DNA of 64,000 bases, taken from contig MU058423.1 of assembly GCA_013265495.1 (NCBI GenBank), forward strand, positions 3,549,061 to 3,613,060, given 5' to 3'. This DNA comes from Vicugna vicugna. Taxonomy: Eukaryota. Positions 63,765 through 64,000 of this stretch are shown here, in pieces. The stretch's first letter is position 1. Each line of letters opens with the position of its first letter. The translations under genes were made by a program, and so were the position numbers. The notes under the pieces were generated by a model. The model made no database searches, was not told where the DNA came from, and was given only the letters and a program-made list of their open reading frames with translations.

Positions 63765-64000
63765 AATTCCCTAAAAAACTAAAAACAGAGTTACCATATG
63801 CTCCAGCAATCCCATTCCTGGGCATATATCTGGAGAAAACTCTAATTCAAAAAGATACATGCACCCCAGTGTTCATAGCAGCCCTATTTACAATAGTCAA
63901 GACATGGAAGCAACCTAAATGTCCATCAACAGATGACTGGATAAAGGAGTTGTGGTATATTTATACAACAGAATATTACTCAGCCATAAAAAATAATAAA
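63765..64000 (+). mobile_element. Young L1, 5'-truncated, running off the window end
   Basis: aaaacagagttaccatatgctccagcaatcccattcctgggcatatatc...aaaagatacatgcaccccagtgttcatagcagc. Confidence 0.93.

Noticed and set aside
245..63782. Six-frame ORFs as host genes
   Set aside because: They are short, mostly within repeats, and carry no recognisable host protein domains. Many start at non-ATG codons, which suits a prokaryotic ORF caller rather than mammalian DNA.
1..64000. Naming the host gene
   Set aside because: No recognisable exon is present, so any gene symbol would be a guess.

Overview
This is mammalian non-coding genomic DNA, most likely from a camelid (alpaca, llama or camel). The evidence is a tRNA-Ala-like vic-1-type SINE, a recurring young L1 3' end, Tigger1/Tigger2 non-autonomous elements resembling artiodactyl subfamilies, and no recognisable Alu, Bov-tA, PRE-1 or Can-SINE. 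Much of the window is interspersed repeat: L1, L2, L3, MIR, MaLR/ERVL/ERV1 LTRs, a decayed ERVL provirus, and hAT and Tigger DNA transposons, often nested. I recognise no host protein-coding exon, rRNA, true tRNA or CRISPR array. The only ORFs with recognisable protein similarity are decayed L1 ORF2 and ERVL pro/pol remnants. L1s lie mostly on the minus strand, which suggests but does not prove an intron of a plus-strand gene. The most interesting locus is 8.6-9.5 kb: a young LTR with 7 inverted CCAAT boxes, 2 octamers and a TATA box is nested in an older CpG-retaining LTR that supplies a DR1 site and a splice donor, making a candidate chimeric promoter and first exon. Other leads are candidate unannotated exons and TF-motif clusters. 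I found no convincing novel biological system. Repeat names and boundaries were assigned by eye from remembered consensus sequences and are approximate.
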